The notes beneath the pieces were generated by a model that worked only from the letters and a program-made list of their open reading frames with translations, did no database searches and had not been told where the DNA came from. A stretch of 64,000 bases of DNA from a virus. Below, piece after piece: positions 37,726 through 47,209 of the stretch. Made by a program: the position numbers and the translations under genes. Positions within the stretch are counted from its first letter, which is position 1. Each line of letters opens with the position of its first letter. The stretch spans positions 32,001-96,000 of IMG/VR virus record IMGVR_UViG_3300026097_000008; one strand, 5' to 3'.

Positions 37726-39233
37726 GTGTTGTACCAATCTGTTAAGTAATCGTAATGGTTTTCGAACATACCTTCGGCAAGATCGAGGCGTTTTCTATGG
37801 CATTCTAAAAAATATTCAGCATATTGTTTTTCTTTTTCAGATAACGGTGATTCGACATCCTTATATGCACCGCCTGCATGCAATACACACCACCATTGTA
37901 CTACATTAAACATTGAATTAGGTGCAATATTAAAGAATCTTTTTGGCACTGGCAAGAATAATTCTAGTATTTCTCTTGCTCTTTCTGGTAAATTTTCTAA
38001 AGATTGCGTTCTAAAAGATTTCCAAAAATCTGTATCTTCTTTTGTTGAAAAATAATAATGAGCCCATACAAATGCTAGAATCTCGTTTGACATAAAATCA
38101 AAATTGTTGTTTATAGCATATTTTTGTTGTTCGCCCCATATATTACCACTAGTATTCAAGACTCCTGCAATGTCTGATACAACACTAGTTGTAAATGTTA
38201 TACCTGTAGCTTCTAAAGGTTCTACAAATCCTGCACTTAATCCTACTGCGCAGACATTTTTTACAGCAATTTCTTTATGATATCCGCATTTCATTTTTAA
38301 ATGTCTTGCGGGAGCAACAAACTCTCCAATTTTTTGTCTCAATTCTTGTTCAGCACTTTCTGCATCAATAAATTTAGAAGAATATACATAACCATTACCG
38401 ATACTTTTGTATGTAGGAATCGTGAACATCCAACCCGAATCCATAGCTGTAGCTTTGGTATACGGATGACATTCTTTTTGTGGATTAGTAAACTGAGTCC
38501 TAATAACAACAGCATTATCGTTGGGCAAATACTTTGTATAATCTATAAAAGGTACTTTTAGTTTTTGTTCTAACAATATACTTGCAAATCCTGTGCAGTC
38601 TATGAATAAATCAGACTGGTAAGTATTTGCATCTTCATCAATTAACGAATCTATACCTTCTTGATTTACTTTAACATCTGTAATTTTAGTATCAATATAT
38701 GTTATTTTGTCTGCTATTAAATGCTTTATAGTTTTTATAATATCGTACGCACCAAAATGCACTGCGCCAAAATCTGATGGTCCCATTCTATGATTTACAT
38801 CTAAATAACTGTCAAATTTCTGACATATATTCTTTTTTGCTAGCCTATAAGCAGGATGCCAATCTGCAAATTCACTATATGGCTTGTCTATAAAATAGTC
38901 ACTTGTGTAAAAGTTATGTGCTATGATGCCATTATCTTGATTATCATTGTCAACAAAGTAAGATTCATTATTCCATCCAATAAGCTCTACTCCGTACTTA
39001 AATGATGCATTACTATCTTTCATCCACATATGTGGGGGTATACCACATTCGCTTAAAAATTTTGTTGTGAAAGGCTGTGTCCCTTCGCCTACACCGATAG
39101 GACCTTGTTCTGAATCTTCGATTAAAACAATTTCTGTTGGTATTTTCAAGTTTTTTATAAGATATGCTGCTGTAAGCCATCCGCTTGTTCCGCCGCCAAA
39201 AATTGTAATTTTTTTAATTTTTTTTAGATACAT
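37722..39233 (-). CDS. Flavin-dependent (tryptophan halogenase family) halogenase
   Basis: GGGTSGW, IGVGEGT, ASFKYG (catalytic Lys position), FIDCTGF, GWMFTIP, GFVEPLEATG. Confidence 0.9.
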   Translation of the reverse strand: MYLKKIKKITIFGGGTSGWLTAAYLIKNLKIPTEIVLIEDSEQGPIGVGEGTQPFTTKFLSECGIPPHMWMKDSNASFKYGVELIGWNNESYFVDNDNQDNGIIAHNFYTSDYFIDKPYSEFADWHPAYRLAKKNICQKFDSYLDVNHRMGPSDFGAVHFGAYDIIKTIKHLIADKITYIDTKITDVKVNQEGIDSLIDEDANTYQSDLFIDCTGFASILLEQKLKVPFIDYTKYLPNDNAVVIRTQFTNPQKECHPYTKATAMDSGWMFTIPTYKSIGNGYVYSSKFIDAESAEQELRQKIGEFVAPARHLKMKCGYHKEIAVKNVCAVGLSAGFVEPLEATGITFTTSVVSDIAGVLNTSGNIWGEQQKYAINNNFDFMSNEILAFVWAHYYFSTKEDTDFWKSFRTQSLENLPERAREILELFLPVPKRFFNIAPNSMFNVVQWWCVLHAGGAYKDVESPLSEKEKQYAEYFLECHRKRLDLAEGMFENHYDYLTDWYNT

Positions 39234-39235
39234 AA

Positions 39236-39832
39236 TTAGTCCTTAAAATCAAAATAAATGTTAAACGCTAAAGATATTCTTGTGTCATTGCTTTTATTAG
39301 GCAATACTTTATGCAATAACCAACTAGGAAATAACAATATCATTTCATCTAAAGGTTCTACAGTAAGTAAGTTGCTGTACTTATTTGAATGATGTGGAAA
39401 GCTAGCTACAAAAGGATTAGTGCTCTTAAATTGTATATCTCCACTATTTTTCGGTGCTCTATAATAATAGCAACCACTGAACATATTTGGCTGATAACCA
39501 TGTTCATGTAGTCCAATTACCTGATCTTTTGTAAAGGTATTCAACCATGAACCTAAAATATATGTGCTAGTCTTTTTGTATGGATAAGTCAACTGGTCTA
39601 AATATTTTCCTGCATGATTAATAATTTTAGTTTCAATTATTTTCATATCGAACTCTTTTATTATATCTGTAGAATTCTCATGACTAAAAGTTGTGTTTGC
39701 CGTGTCGTTATCCGGCTGCCAATCATTCTTAAATACTGCATGAGACATTGCATGTATAAATTCTCTATCTATGCTGTCACTAGTCTCTATTTTACCCATA
39801 TATATAGGAGTACTAAAAAAATTTTCTATCAT
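39236..39832 (-). CDS. 2OG-Fe(II) oxygenase (TIGR02466-like)
   Basis: FSTPIY, SWLN, HEH, SGCYY, LFPSWLLHKV, RISLAFN; start ATG 39832 (ATGA overlap). Confidence 0.88.
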   Translation of the reverse strand: MIENFFSTPIYMGKIETSDSIDREFIHAMSHAVFKNDWQPDNDTANTTFSHENSTDIIKEFDMKIIETKIINHAGKYLDQLTYPYKKTSTYILGSWLNTFTKDQVIGLHEHGYQPNMFSGCYYYRAPKNSGDIQFKSTNPFVASFPHHSNKYSNLLTVEPLDEMILLFPSWLLHKVLPNKSNDTRISLAFNIYFDFKD

Positions 39833-41496
39833 TTTCGTATCACAACTACATATAATCCGTTCCACCACTCGTTTTTATTTTCTTCTGAGTTGAGGAGCAT
39901 TTTTTCGTATACAGCAATTCCGTTTGAATTGTTTATACCCTGTCTAGCACCATCTACAACACCCTGCCAGTTTGCATCATCAAAAACTAGTATAGCTTCA
40001 TTTGCAAGTGCAGGCCAATAGTGTTCAACTGCTTTAGCCACACTAGTTTCATCGTGAGGACCATCATAAAAGAACATTTTGATGCTGTTTTGCGCAGGAG
40101 ACACATCAACACTAAATAAATCTTGGTTGAGTACGACTACATTAGAGTCGCCTCTGTGTTTTTCTAAATTTTTAAAAAATACATTAATATCGTTATCTTC
40201 AGCAACTTCACCGTTTTGCGATGCTATTCCTTCACTCCAATGATCTATTGCTACAGCTTGAATAGGATTATCTTTCAGTACCGCACATAGTGTTGCACCT
40301 AAATAAGTTCCAACTTCCATATAAGTATCTACACCCTGAGCGAGAGTATTTAAAAGTGTTTGTACTCTCGGTGATGTTAATCCCGGAATATCTAAATTTA
40401 TAGTAGGTATACCCGAATTAGCAATACACTCTGCTGCGTGTTTTACTAATTCGCTATGTTGTATTTTTGATTTTACTTCGTATATTTTGTCACAGTACTG
40501 GCATTCCCAACAATCAAACTTACAATTTTTAATTTTTTCTCGCCATACGTTAATTGGCTTTTCTACTAAATTTGTTTCTTGTAAATAAGGTGCAAAATTA
40601 TCGTTAAGAAGAGTTTCGTTTCTATCCCATTTACGAATTATTTCCATTGTTTCGTATAGTCTACTAATTGCTTCTCTTCCATGCATTTTAAACACATCTA
40701 TTCCAAGATCATTTAAAAATTCCTCCCAGTCCTCTTTCCACGGAGGTAAATCAGCATTTTTTAAATGCACTGCCGGGTCTTGTACGTCCCATTTAGGACA
40801 GCTGACTCTGCTAATAGGATCATTAAAATATTGCGGACTACTTCCTTCTCTAGTGTTATTAAATTCAAAGTGCTCTACCATCATTGGACAGTTGCCAAGA
40901 CATCCTTCATTTGCAAGTAAACTAATGTGTATTTCTTTGCCTAAATTTTCTTTTACCCATTCTTTAGCAGTTTTAATTCGTAGCAAAGTGTCTCTGTCTC
41001 GCATTAGATCTCTATCTAAATTTATGTAGTCGAAACCGGCTTTGGCAAGATTTACAATCTCTGCGGCGGTTCGTACTTCTCTTAAGATTGTATTTTTTAC
41101 TTTTAGTTTAGGAAATGCTTTTTGTATTTGCCCTGTAGCCATCCAGTGTGTATGAGGAACAGTAGCAGTATGTACTCCGGCATCATATAATGGTTTAAAA
41201 TGATATATAAAAGTGTCTAAGTTTTTTTGAGTAGGAGGTACTTGAATATTGTTAAAAGTTGCACTTAAAGGAATACCCGTATAATGCTGTATTTGTAAAG
41301 CTGCATCTATAGCATACTTATAGTCTTCTTCGTAAACAAAAGTATCTCCCATTGCGTCTTGGCTAAAGGGAGGTATACGGCTTGTGAAATATATATCATA
41401 AATTAGATGTTTATACTCTACAACAAATTTTATAAAATCCTGATATTGATCTGGACTAAGTTTCGGATTTAATGGAATACTAAAGATTTTTTTCAT
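39829..41496 (-). CDS. Peptidase U32-like Fe-S protein fused to class I SAM methyltransferase
   Basis: INLDRDLMRD, LANEGCLGNCP..H, FKMHGRE, CKFDCWECQYC; C-terminal MEVGTYLGAT, FFYDGPH, LVFDD. Confidence 0.7.
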   Translation of the reverse strand: MKKIFSIPLNPKLSPDQYQDFIKFVVEYKHLIYDIYFTSRIPPFSQDAMGDTFVYEEDYKYAIDAALQIQHYTGIPLSATFNNIQVPPTQKNLDTFIYHFKPLYDAGVHTATVPHTHWMATGQIQKAFPKLKVKNTILREVRTAAEIVNLAKAGFDYINLDRDLMRDRDTLLRIKTAKEWVKENLGKEIHISLLANEGCLGNCPMMVEHFEFNNTREGSSPQYFNDPISRVSCPKWDVQDPAVHLKNADLPPWKEDWEEFLNDLGIDVFKMHGREAISRLYETMEIIRKWDRNETLLNDNFAPYLQETNLVEKPINVWREKIKNCKFDCWECQYCDKIYEVKSKIQHSELVKHAAECIANSGIPTINLDIPGLTSPRVQTLLNTLAQGVDTYMEVGTYLGATLCAVLKDNPIQAVAIDHWSEGIASQNGEVAEDNDINVFFKNLEKHRGDSNVVVLNQDLFSVDVSPAQNSIKMFFYDGPHDETSVAKAVEHYWPALANEAILVFDDANWQGVVDGARQGINNSNGIAVYEKMLLNSEENKNEWWNGLYVVVIRK

Positions 41497-41522
41497 AATT
41501 TTACTTTTCGGTAGTTTCTATT

Positions 41523-41551
41523 AGTATAACGGATTATTTTAAAAAAAGCAA
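41523..41551 (-). promoter_or_regulatory. Sigma70 promoter heading the enzyme operon
   Basis: TTGCTT-17 bp-TATACT. Confidence 0.65.
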
Positions 41552-41566
41552 GAGTTTTTTAAATAA

Positions 41567-42088
41567 TTACTTTTCATTTCCTGGCCATTTTATATTGAAC
41601 TCAGGTTCCCTAGGCGTTTTGTTCATAGCCGGCGATGCCGTGACTTTGTAATAGTTATGCAAAATAAGTTCACATTCTTCTTTGGTAGAACATGCTTCAA
41701 CTTTTTGAAGTAATTTTTTTAGGATCTTTTTATCGGTAAGATTTTCATTTGCATACAATCTCATTGCTGATTTTATCAACACTGTGACGTTTTCTTTATC
41801 TTTATCAGTTAGTCTATAAACATATTTTTCCCACTCTACATCGCCAGAAGCTGTCACAATGTCTTCTGCTTTACTTACTGGCTCAGTTACACTAACTACA
41901 TCTCTGTATGCATTTGTTAACACAGCAGATTTAGCAACTTCTTCAGATAATTCAATATAATTTATCCAATCAATATATGCACCGTCTGGAATATAACGCA
42001 TAGTAAAGTGCCAATAATCGCCTACTACTTTACTGCCTTTAGGTATTCTAGGATCATTATCAGCTATCGTCGGATGTATTATATACAT
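41567..42088 (-). CDS. Hypothetical protein
   Basis: 173-aa ORF overlapping the upstream gene. Confidence 0.7.
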   Translation of the reverse strand: MYIIHPTIADNDPRIPKGSKVVGDYWHFTMRYIPDGAYIDWINYIELSEEVAKSAVLTNAYRDVVSVTEPVSKAEDIVTASGDVEWEKYVYRLTDKDKENVTVLIKSAMRLYANENLTDKKILKKLLQKVEACSTKEECELILHNYYKVTASPAMNKTPREPEFNIKWPGNEK

Positions 42089-42950
42089 TTAATATATTTC
42101 CTTGATCTACAGCCGATGCACTAGGAGCATTTACTGATAACTTCAATTCTGCATCGGAATCCTCTGTTGGCGGCTTTGTTAAAAATGCTGTATCTGCATT
42201 ACTATCTAACGCTAGTTTTTCGTCAATATTAGCTTGTATATTTTTTTGTATATGTTGCAGTTGCGTACCATAATTCATTGCTAGAGATAATGTTTCTGTT
42301 TGCTGGGTAGGAGACATACTAAGTATAGCATCCATATTTCCTGTGCCGACCCTTCCGTAAAACAACAAATCGGTAGCAGCTTGTTTAGCAAGTCTGTTAG
42401 TCCAATATTCTGCTTCGTAATAATCCTCTGCGTCAGTATCCATAATATCCATATATGTTCGGCCAGAACCATCTGGCAATAATGCTTCGTCTGAATTTAA
42501 AAATTCTTGTATTAAATCTAAAATTTGTTGTCTTTCTAGATACCAATTAAGCAACCGTCTTCTTGTTAATACTTGAGTACGGTTAAGCTCTTTTGCTTCT
42601 AGTAAATGCTCTCTACGATCAAAATCGTCAATTGCATTTTGTGCTTGATGCTCGTGTCTTTCAATCTGAATTTGCCATTTTTCAATATCATATTCTAATT
42701 TTCCAATAGCTTCTTCCCTTGATTTTAATTCAAGCAACCATTGACGCAGTTTGCTAAAGGGAGTGATTTGAGTTTCCCCTACAAACCAACGCATTTTATA
42801 TTTTGGATTTGCCCACTCTTTATTTTGCGAATAATCCAAAAGTGCTACTTCTTTTTCCGATAGTTGCGAAACATCGCTTAGAAGTTCGCTTTTATGTACT
42901 TCTGTTTCTTTAGCAAATTGTGACAGTCTGTCAGGCATATTAGATTCCAT
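42060..42950 (-). CDS. Coiled-coil hypothetical protein
   Basis: Start MESN at 42950 with SD AGGAG; late motif at 42978-42985; long heptad region. Confidence 0.7.
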   Translation of the reverse strand: MESNMPDRLSQFAKETEVHKSELLSDVSQLSEKEVALLDYSQNKEWANPKYKMRWFVGETQITPFSKLRQWLLELKSREEAIGKLEYDIEKWQIQIERHEHQAQNAIDDFDRREHLLEAKELNRTQVLTRRRLLNWYLERQQILDLIQEFLNSDEALLPDGSGRTYMDIMDTDAEDYYEAEYWTNRLAKQAATDLLFYGRVGTGNMDAILSMSPTQQTETLSLAMNYGTQLQHIQKNIQANIDEKLALDSNADTAFLTKPPTEDSDAELKLSVNAPSASAVDQGNILNVYNTSDDS

Positions 42951-43026
42951 GTTGTCTCCTTTAAAAAACATACATTATATTTATTAATTGAAAATTTATG
43001 ATTATATTATATTGGCAGAAAGAGTA

Positions 43027-44079
43027 TCAATCTCTCCAAGAACATACACCAGAACTAGCTCCTGGTTTCCCTTTTGGCTCCATTGAACTACCGCCTCTAA
43101 AGCCGCTTTCAGATACGTAATTCCATCTGTGTGAAATATTATTTTGCTGTCCGTTATACATACCAATCATATATTGATGATCTTGGCCCATGGTATAGTT
43201 TTCTTCGCCTGAGTCCCCTACAGGTTTAGATACAGTGCCAGAAGTTGTATTTGTTGTCCAATTAGTTCGACGATAATTGTTGCCGCCTCTGTATGTTCCT
43301 TCATTGCCAGCCCAAGCGTATTGTCCTTTGGAATTTACAGCTTTTTGTTGGTGATGATTGGCTGGATCAGTTCCGCCTCTGTTCGAAGCTGTTCTAGTAG
43401 AAAAGTTAAATGTAATACCATTATTTCCTTCGTACATTATGCCATACGTTTCGGTGCTCATACCCCATGTAGTACCACTGTACATAGTTGCACCGATAGT
43501 ACCTGTAAGTGTTTTGGTTGTCAAATTATATTCTTCAACAAGTGTATTTTCACCATTTAGCCAGGTTTCATAATGTTCTCTAAAAACGCCTCCATAATTG
43601 TGTCTCGATAGTGCCAAATTGCGATCAATGTCAGTAGCTTGTGTTTCAGTTCTCATGTTAAATGCAATTGTATAATTTGAACTAACTGAATGTCCACCTC
43701 CAGCACCAAAAACATATGCGTAATCTTTAGAACATGCTCCCCACTGATAGTTAAATGCAGCTTCGATTGCTCCGTCACCTAGGTTATAAGTGGTATCAGT
43801 GGCGGTGATTGTTCTATTGAGATTGTTCCAAGCTACACTGCTTTGGTAGCCGCCTTGCATATAACCATTATTTATAATTGTTCTAGTAAGAAAAGGTATG
43901 GTCATTTCAGACCATCCTGCACTAGTAGTGTACGTGCCGTCTTGATAATATTCGACTACACTATTATCTGTATTGTAGCGTATTCTGCCAGCATCATTAC
44001 CTGGACGCTGGGCTGTTGTACCTTTGGGTAATCTTAAATAGTCAGTGCCGTTAATAGTAGTGTTTTTTAATGTTGCCAT
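43027..44079 (-). CDS. Fibre-tip protein: N-terminal docking module plus putative beta-propeller; paralogue of 44089-45138
   Basis: LPKGTTAQRP...GRIRYNTD; ~45-aa repeats with GG/YVFG strands; ends SSGVCSWRD. Confidence 0.65.
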   Translation of the reverse strand: MATLKNTTINGTDYLRLPKGTTAQRPGNDAGRIRYNTDNSVVEYYQDGTYTTSAGWSEMTIPFLTRTIINNGYMQGGYQSSVAWNNLNRTITATDTTYNLGDGAIEAAFNYQWGACSKDYAYVFGAGGGHSVSSNYTIAFNMRTETQATDIDRNLALSRHNYGGVFREHYETWLNGENTLVEEYNLTTKTLTGTIGATMYSGTTWGMSTETYGIMYEGNNGITFNFSTRTASNRGGTDPANHHQQKAVNSKGQYAWAGNEGTYRGGNNYRRTNWTTNTTSGTVSKPVGDSGEENYTMGQDHQYMIGMYNGQQNNISHRWNYVSESGFRGGSSMEPKGKPGASSGVCSWRD

Positions 44080-44088
44080 ATTATTATC

Positions 44089-45138
44089 CTAATCTCTCCA
44101 AGCACATACACCAGAACTTGAACCTGCTTTGCCTTTTGGCTCCATTGTAGAGCTACCTTGGAATCCGCTTTCTGTAGCATAATTCCAACGCCAAGATCTG
44201 TTGTTTTGTTGCCCATTATATTGTCCAAGCATATACTGGTGATCTTGTCCCATGGTAAAGTTTTCCTCGCCACAGTTGCCGTCTGGTTTTGCTACTGTAC
44301 CTGAGTCAGTTGTATTTGTTGACCAATTGGTTCTGCGGAAGTTTGATCCGCCACTATAACTTCCTTCGTTGCCTGCCCATGCATACGTACCTTTTGAGTT
44401 TACAGACTTTTGCTGATCGTGATTGGAAGGTGTAGTTCCGCCACGACTGGATTTTGTTTCAGTAGCAAATACAAATGTTTCTGCTGTATTTGCAGCGTAA
44501 AATAGCGCATAGTCCTCGTGGCTCATGCCCCATGTTGAACCTGACCTATAATTTTGTCCTATATTTCCGCTGCTTGTTTTAGTCACTAAATTGTATTTGT
44601 TAATATTACTATCACTATCTCCCGACATCCAAGTTTCGTAGTGTTCTCTAAAAATGCCACCGAATCTCCATCTGTTACTTGGCAGACTTCTATCTATGTC
44701 TGTCATTTGCTGTTCAGTACGCATGTTGTAAGCAATAGTATAGTTAGAACTAACCGCATGGCCGCCGCCTGCACCAAACACATATGAATAGTCTTTAGAA
44801 CATGCTCCCCATTGATAGTTGAATGCTGACTCAATTGCAGAGTCGCCTAAGTTTGTAGTTGTGTCAGTAGCAGCAATAGTTTTATTCAAATTATTCCACG
44901 CTGCACTACTTTTATACCCGCCTTGCATGAATGCTGTTGTTATAATTGTTCGAAAAGGAAATACGAGAGAACTTAATTCCCAAGCAACACCATTCCAATA
45001 CTCTAATTTACCACTGTCACTGTTGACCCTCATGCCTGCTATATTATCGGCATTTTCTGCTGGACGCTCGGCATCATTACCTACCGGCAATCTTAAAAAT
45101 CCTGTATCGTCTATTTCTGTATTTTTTAAAGTTGCCAT
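44089..45138 (-). CDS. Fibre-tip protein: N-terminal docking module plus putative beta-propeller; paralogue of 43027-44079
   Basis: LPVGNDAERP...GMRVNSD; long identical stretches with the neighbour (FNYQWGACSKDY, TMGQDHQYM). Confidence 0.65.
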   Translation of the reverse strand: MATLKNTEIDDTGFLRLPVGNDAERPAENADNIAGMRVNSDSGKLEYWNGVAWELSSLVFPFRTIITTAFMQGGYKSSAAWNNLNKTIAATDTTTNLGDSAIESAFNYQWGACSKDYSYVFGAGGGHAVSSNYTIAYNMRTEQQMTDIDRSLPSNRWRFGGIFREHYETWMSGDSDSNINKYNLVTKTSSGNIGQNYRSGSTWGMSHEDYALFYAANTAETFVFATETKSSRGGTTPSNHDQQKSVNSKGTYAWAGNEGSYSGGSNFRRTNWSTNTTDSGTVAKPDGNCGEENFTMGQDHQYMLGQYNGQQNNRSWRWNYATESGFQGSSTMEPKGKAGSSSGVCAWRD

Positions 45139-45971
45139 TAGAACCCTCCTCTTGCTAAAAGGGCTGATGATAGTCCCCTAATTTCATTTTCATTAAGAAC
45201 TCTGTCCCACGCAGCAAGGAACTGCCATTTCCAATCGCTTGGTTCACTTGTATTACTAGTGTGTGCTCCGACTCGTAAATTTGTTGGACCGTTAGATCCG
45301 CCTGTTGACTGCGCTCTCATAGTACCGTTCTTCCAATATTGCCATTCGTCTACACTTAAACCGCCTTCAAAATTAGTTCTACCTGTTCCTGTGTGTACAC
45401 CCCATTGATTATTACCTGCGCCTCCACCGCTTGAACTACTTTGAATTACCCAACCTTCTGCAAAGTATCTCACATCGCCATCGCTCCAGTGGCCTAACAA
45501 CCAGTTGTTTCCGCCTGGACCTGTAGTAGTAATTCTTCCTCTAGTGCCGCCGTTGTATCCACATAGTGTCATAACAGTGTATGGCTCACTGCTCATGTCT
45601 ACAGCAAAATCAATTCTGCCTGCACTTTGTCCACCAGTAAGGTATTTTGAACCTGTTCCTGAAGTTTGTTCTGTTACAGTTCCTGAAATTGTCACAGTTC
45701 TGTTGTTGCCGCTAATGTCTGTGAGTGTACTGCCGTCCCAGCTATCTGGATTGCCTACATCACACAACAACTGTAATCCTCTCATAGGTATACCGTCTTT
45801 GTTAGTTTCGGCATTTATCCAAAAACCCATCCAATAAAATTCAACATAACCCAAATCAGTATTAAATCTCATATCGCCATTTACTGGACTGGATGGTCTT
45901 TGAGCTGTAGTGCCTCTTGGCAGATATACAGATCCTGTATCATTAATTGTAGTGTCCAGTAGCGTAGCCAT
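45138..45971 (-). CDS. Fibre-tip protein with LamG/concanavalin A-like domain
   Basis: LPRGTTAQRP...GDMRFNTD; DISGNNR, NWLLG, YWKNG, WDRVLNENEI. Confidence 0.7.
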   Translation of the reverse strand: MATLLDTTINDTGSVYLPRGTTAQRPSSPVNGDMRFNTDLGYVEFYWMGFWINAETNKDGIPMRGLQLLCDVGNPDSWDGSTLTDISGNNRTVTISGTVTEQTSGTGSKYLTGGQSAGRIDFAVDMSSEPYTVMTLCGYNGGTRGRITTTGPGGNNWLLGHWSDGDVRYFAEGWVIQSSSSGGGAGNNQWGVHTGTGRTNFEGGLSVDEWQYWKNGTMRAQSTGGSNGPTNLRVGAHTSNTSEPSDWKWQFLAAWDRVLNENEIRGLSSALLARGGF

Positions 45972-46858
45972 TAATAACCTCTGCTTTTAAGTCTATTTAC
46001 TTCGGATGATAATTCTTTCACTGCTTCGATTAGATAAGCACTTAGTTTTGTATAGTTTATTCCTTTTGGATTTCCGTCACTGTCTTTGGATACAAGATTA
46101 GGAAGGATTTCGTTTACCGTTTCAGCAATTAATCCTGCTTCATTCTTTGTTGAGCCGTCTTTTCTATCGTAAGTGACTCCGTCAAGTTTTGTTATAATGT
46201 CTAGTGCATCGATGATAGGATTTACATTTTCTTTTAGTGTGATACTTGAATCCTCTACAATTGTAGTTGCAGTCATAGTAGTAAATTGTCCGGTATTTCT
46301 TGTTGTGCTACCAATTGGAGTATTGTTAATTGATCCGCCTGTAATAGGAACTCCAGAAAGACCTCCTGATAAAGTTAGCGATACAGCACTTAATACATTA
46401 CAGGATAAAGTACCAGTGCTAGGTTGATATGTTAATTTCGAACTGCTAACATTCAGTCCTGCAATAGATCCGCTAGTTGAATCTGTGAATGACGGGTAAT
46501 AAGTACTCGAATCAGCATTTTGATCGCTTACTGTGATTCCGCTTGTTATAAAAGATAAGTTTCCATTTCCATCAGTCGACAATACAGAGCCAGCGCCTCC
46601 ATCAGCAGCAGGAAAGGTTAAAGTATAATCTGCACTTACAGTTCCAGGTGCTTGCAGTGTTACAAAATTACTGGCGTTGTCACTTAAAAGCAACCCGTTA
46701 TTATTTGCAATTTGTAAGTCATTAGAGGAAACTGTCACACCCGAACCGCTAGGATTAAAATTAATGTTTTCGTTAGGCTGTGACTGGAAAGTATTATCAA
46801 CGGACGCCAAAGTTCCTAATATTGGTCCACCTACGATTCCTGTTGTAATTTTACGCAT
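45971..46858 (-). CDS. Tail fibre protein with C-terminal intramolecular chaperone (peptidase S74)
   Basis: YTLTFPAADG..VLSTDGNGNLSF; DSSITLKENV...EAGLIAETV...INYTKLSAYLIEAVKEL. Confidence 0.8.
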   Translation of the reverse strand: MRKITTGIVGGPILGTLASVDNTFQSQPNENINFNPSGSGVTVSSNDLQIANNNGLLLSDNASNFVTLQAPGTVSADYTLTFPAADGGAGSVLSTDGNGNLSFITSGITVSDQNADSSTYYPSFTDSTSGSIAGLNVSSSKLTYQPSTGTLSCNVLSAVSLTLSGGLSGVPITGGSINNTPIGSTTRNTGQFTTMTATTIVEDSSITLKENVNPIIDALDIITKLDGVTYDRKDGSTKNEAGLIAETVNEILPNLVSKDSDGNPKGINYTKLSAYLIEAVKELSSEVNRLKSRGY

Positions 46859-46867
46859 TTGTTTTCC

Positions 46868-47188
46868 TTATGATGTTGCTGTTTCTATACCGTACACAAC
46901 TGCTGTTACATCAGTTCCACTAGCATAAACAACTATGTTTTTACCTGCATCTAATACAACTCCGCCTCGTTCAACAGTACCGTGTCCTAGTAATTCAGTA
47001 TCATATTCAATATATTCCTCATCACTTGGAGTACCTGATGCTGCTAACGCAATTCTAATATCGCGTGATGTTGCGTTTCTATTTGTCACATTTATTGTAA
47101 CTACACTAAATGTTGCTGCAGGAACAGTATACACAACAGTGTCTGTTGTTGCTGTTAATGCTTCTTGTCCTAATATACCTGTTGCCAT
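46868..47188 (-). CDS. Small beta-rich structural protein; paralogue of 63012-63341
   Basis: VYTVP...VTNRN...YIEYD...VVLDAG...VVYGIE. Confidence 0.7.
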   Translation of the reverse strand: MATGILGQEALTATTDTVVYTVPAATFSVVTINVTNRNATSRDIRIALAASGTPSDEEYIEYDTELLGHGTVERGGVVLDAGKNIVVYASGTDVTAVVYGIETATS

Positions 47189-47209
47189 TTTATTTCCTCT
47201 CCGGTAGCT

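Noticed and set aside
43027-45138. Similar 3' ends as a diversity-generating retroelement TR/VR pair
   Set aside because: Both are full coding paralogues, differences are not restricted to adenines, and no reverse transcriptase is in the window
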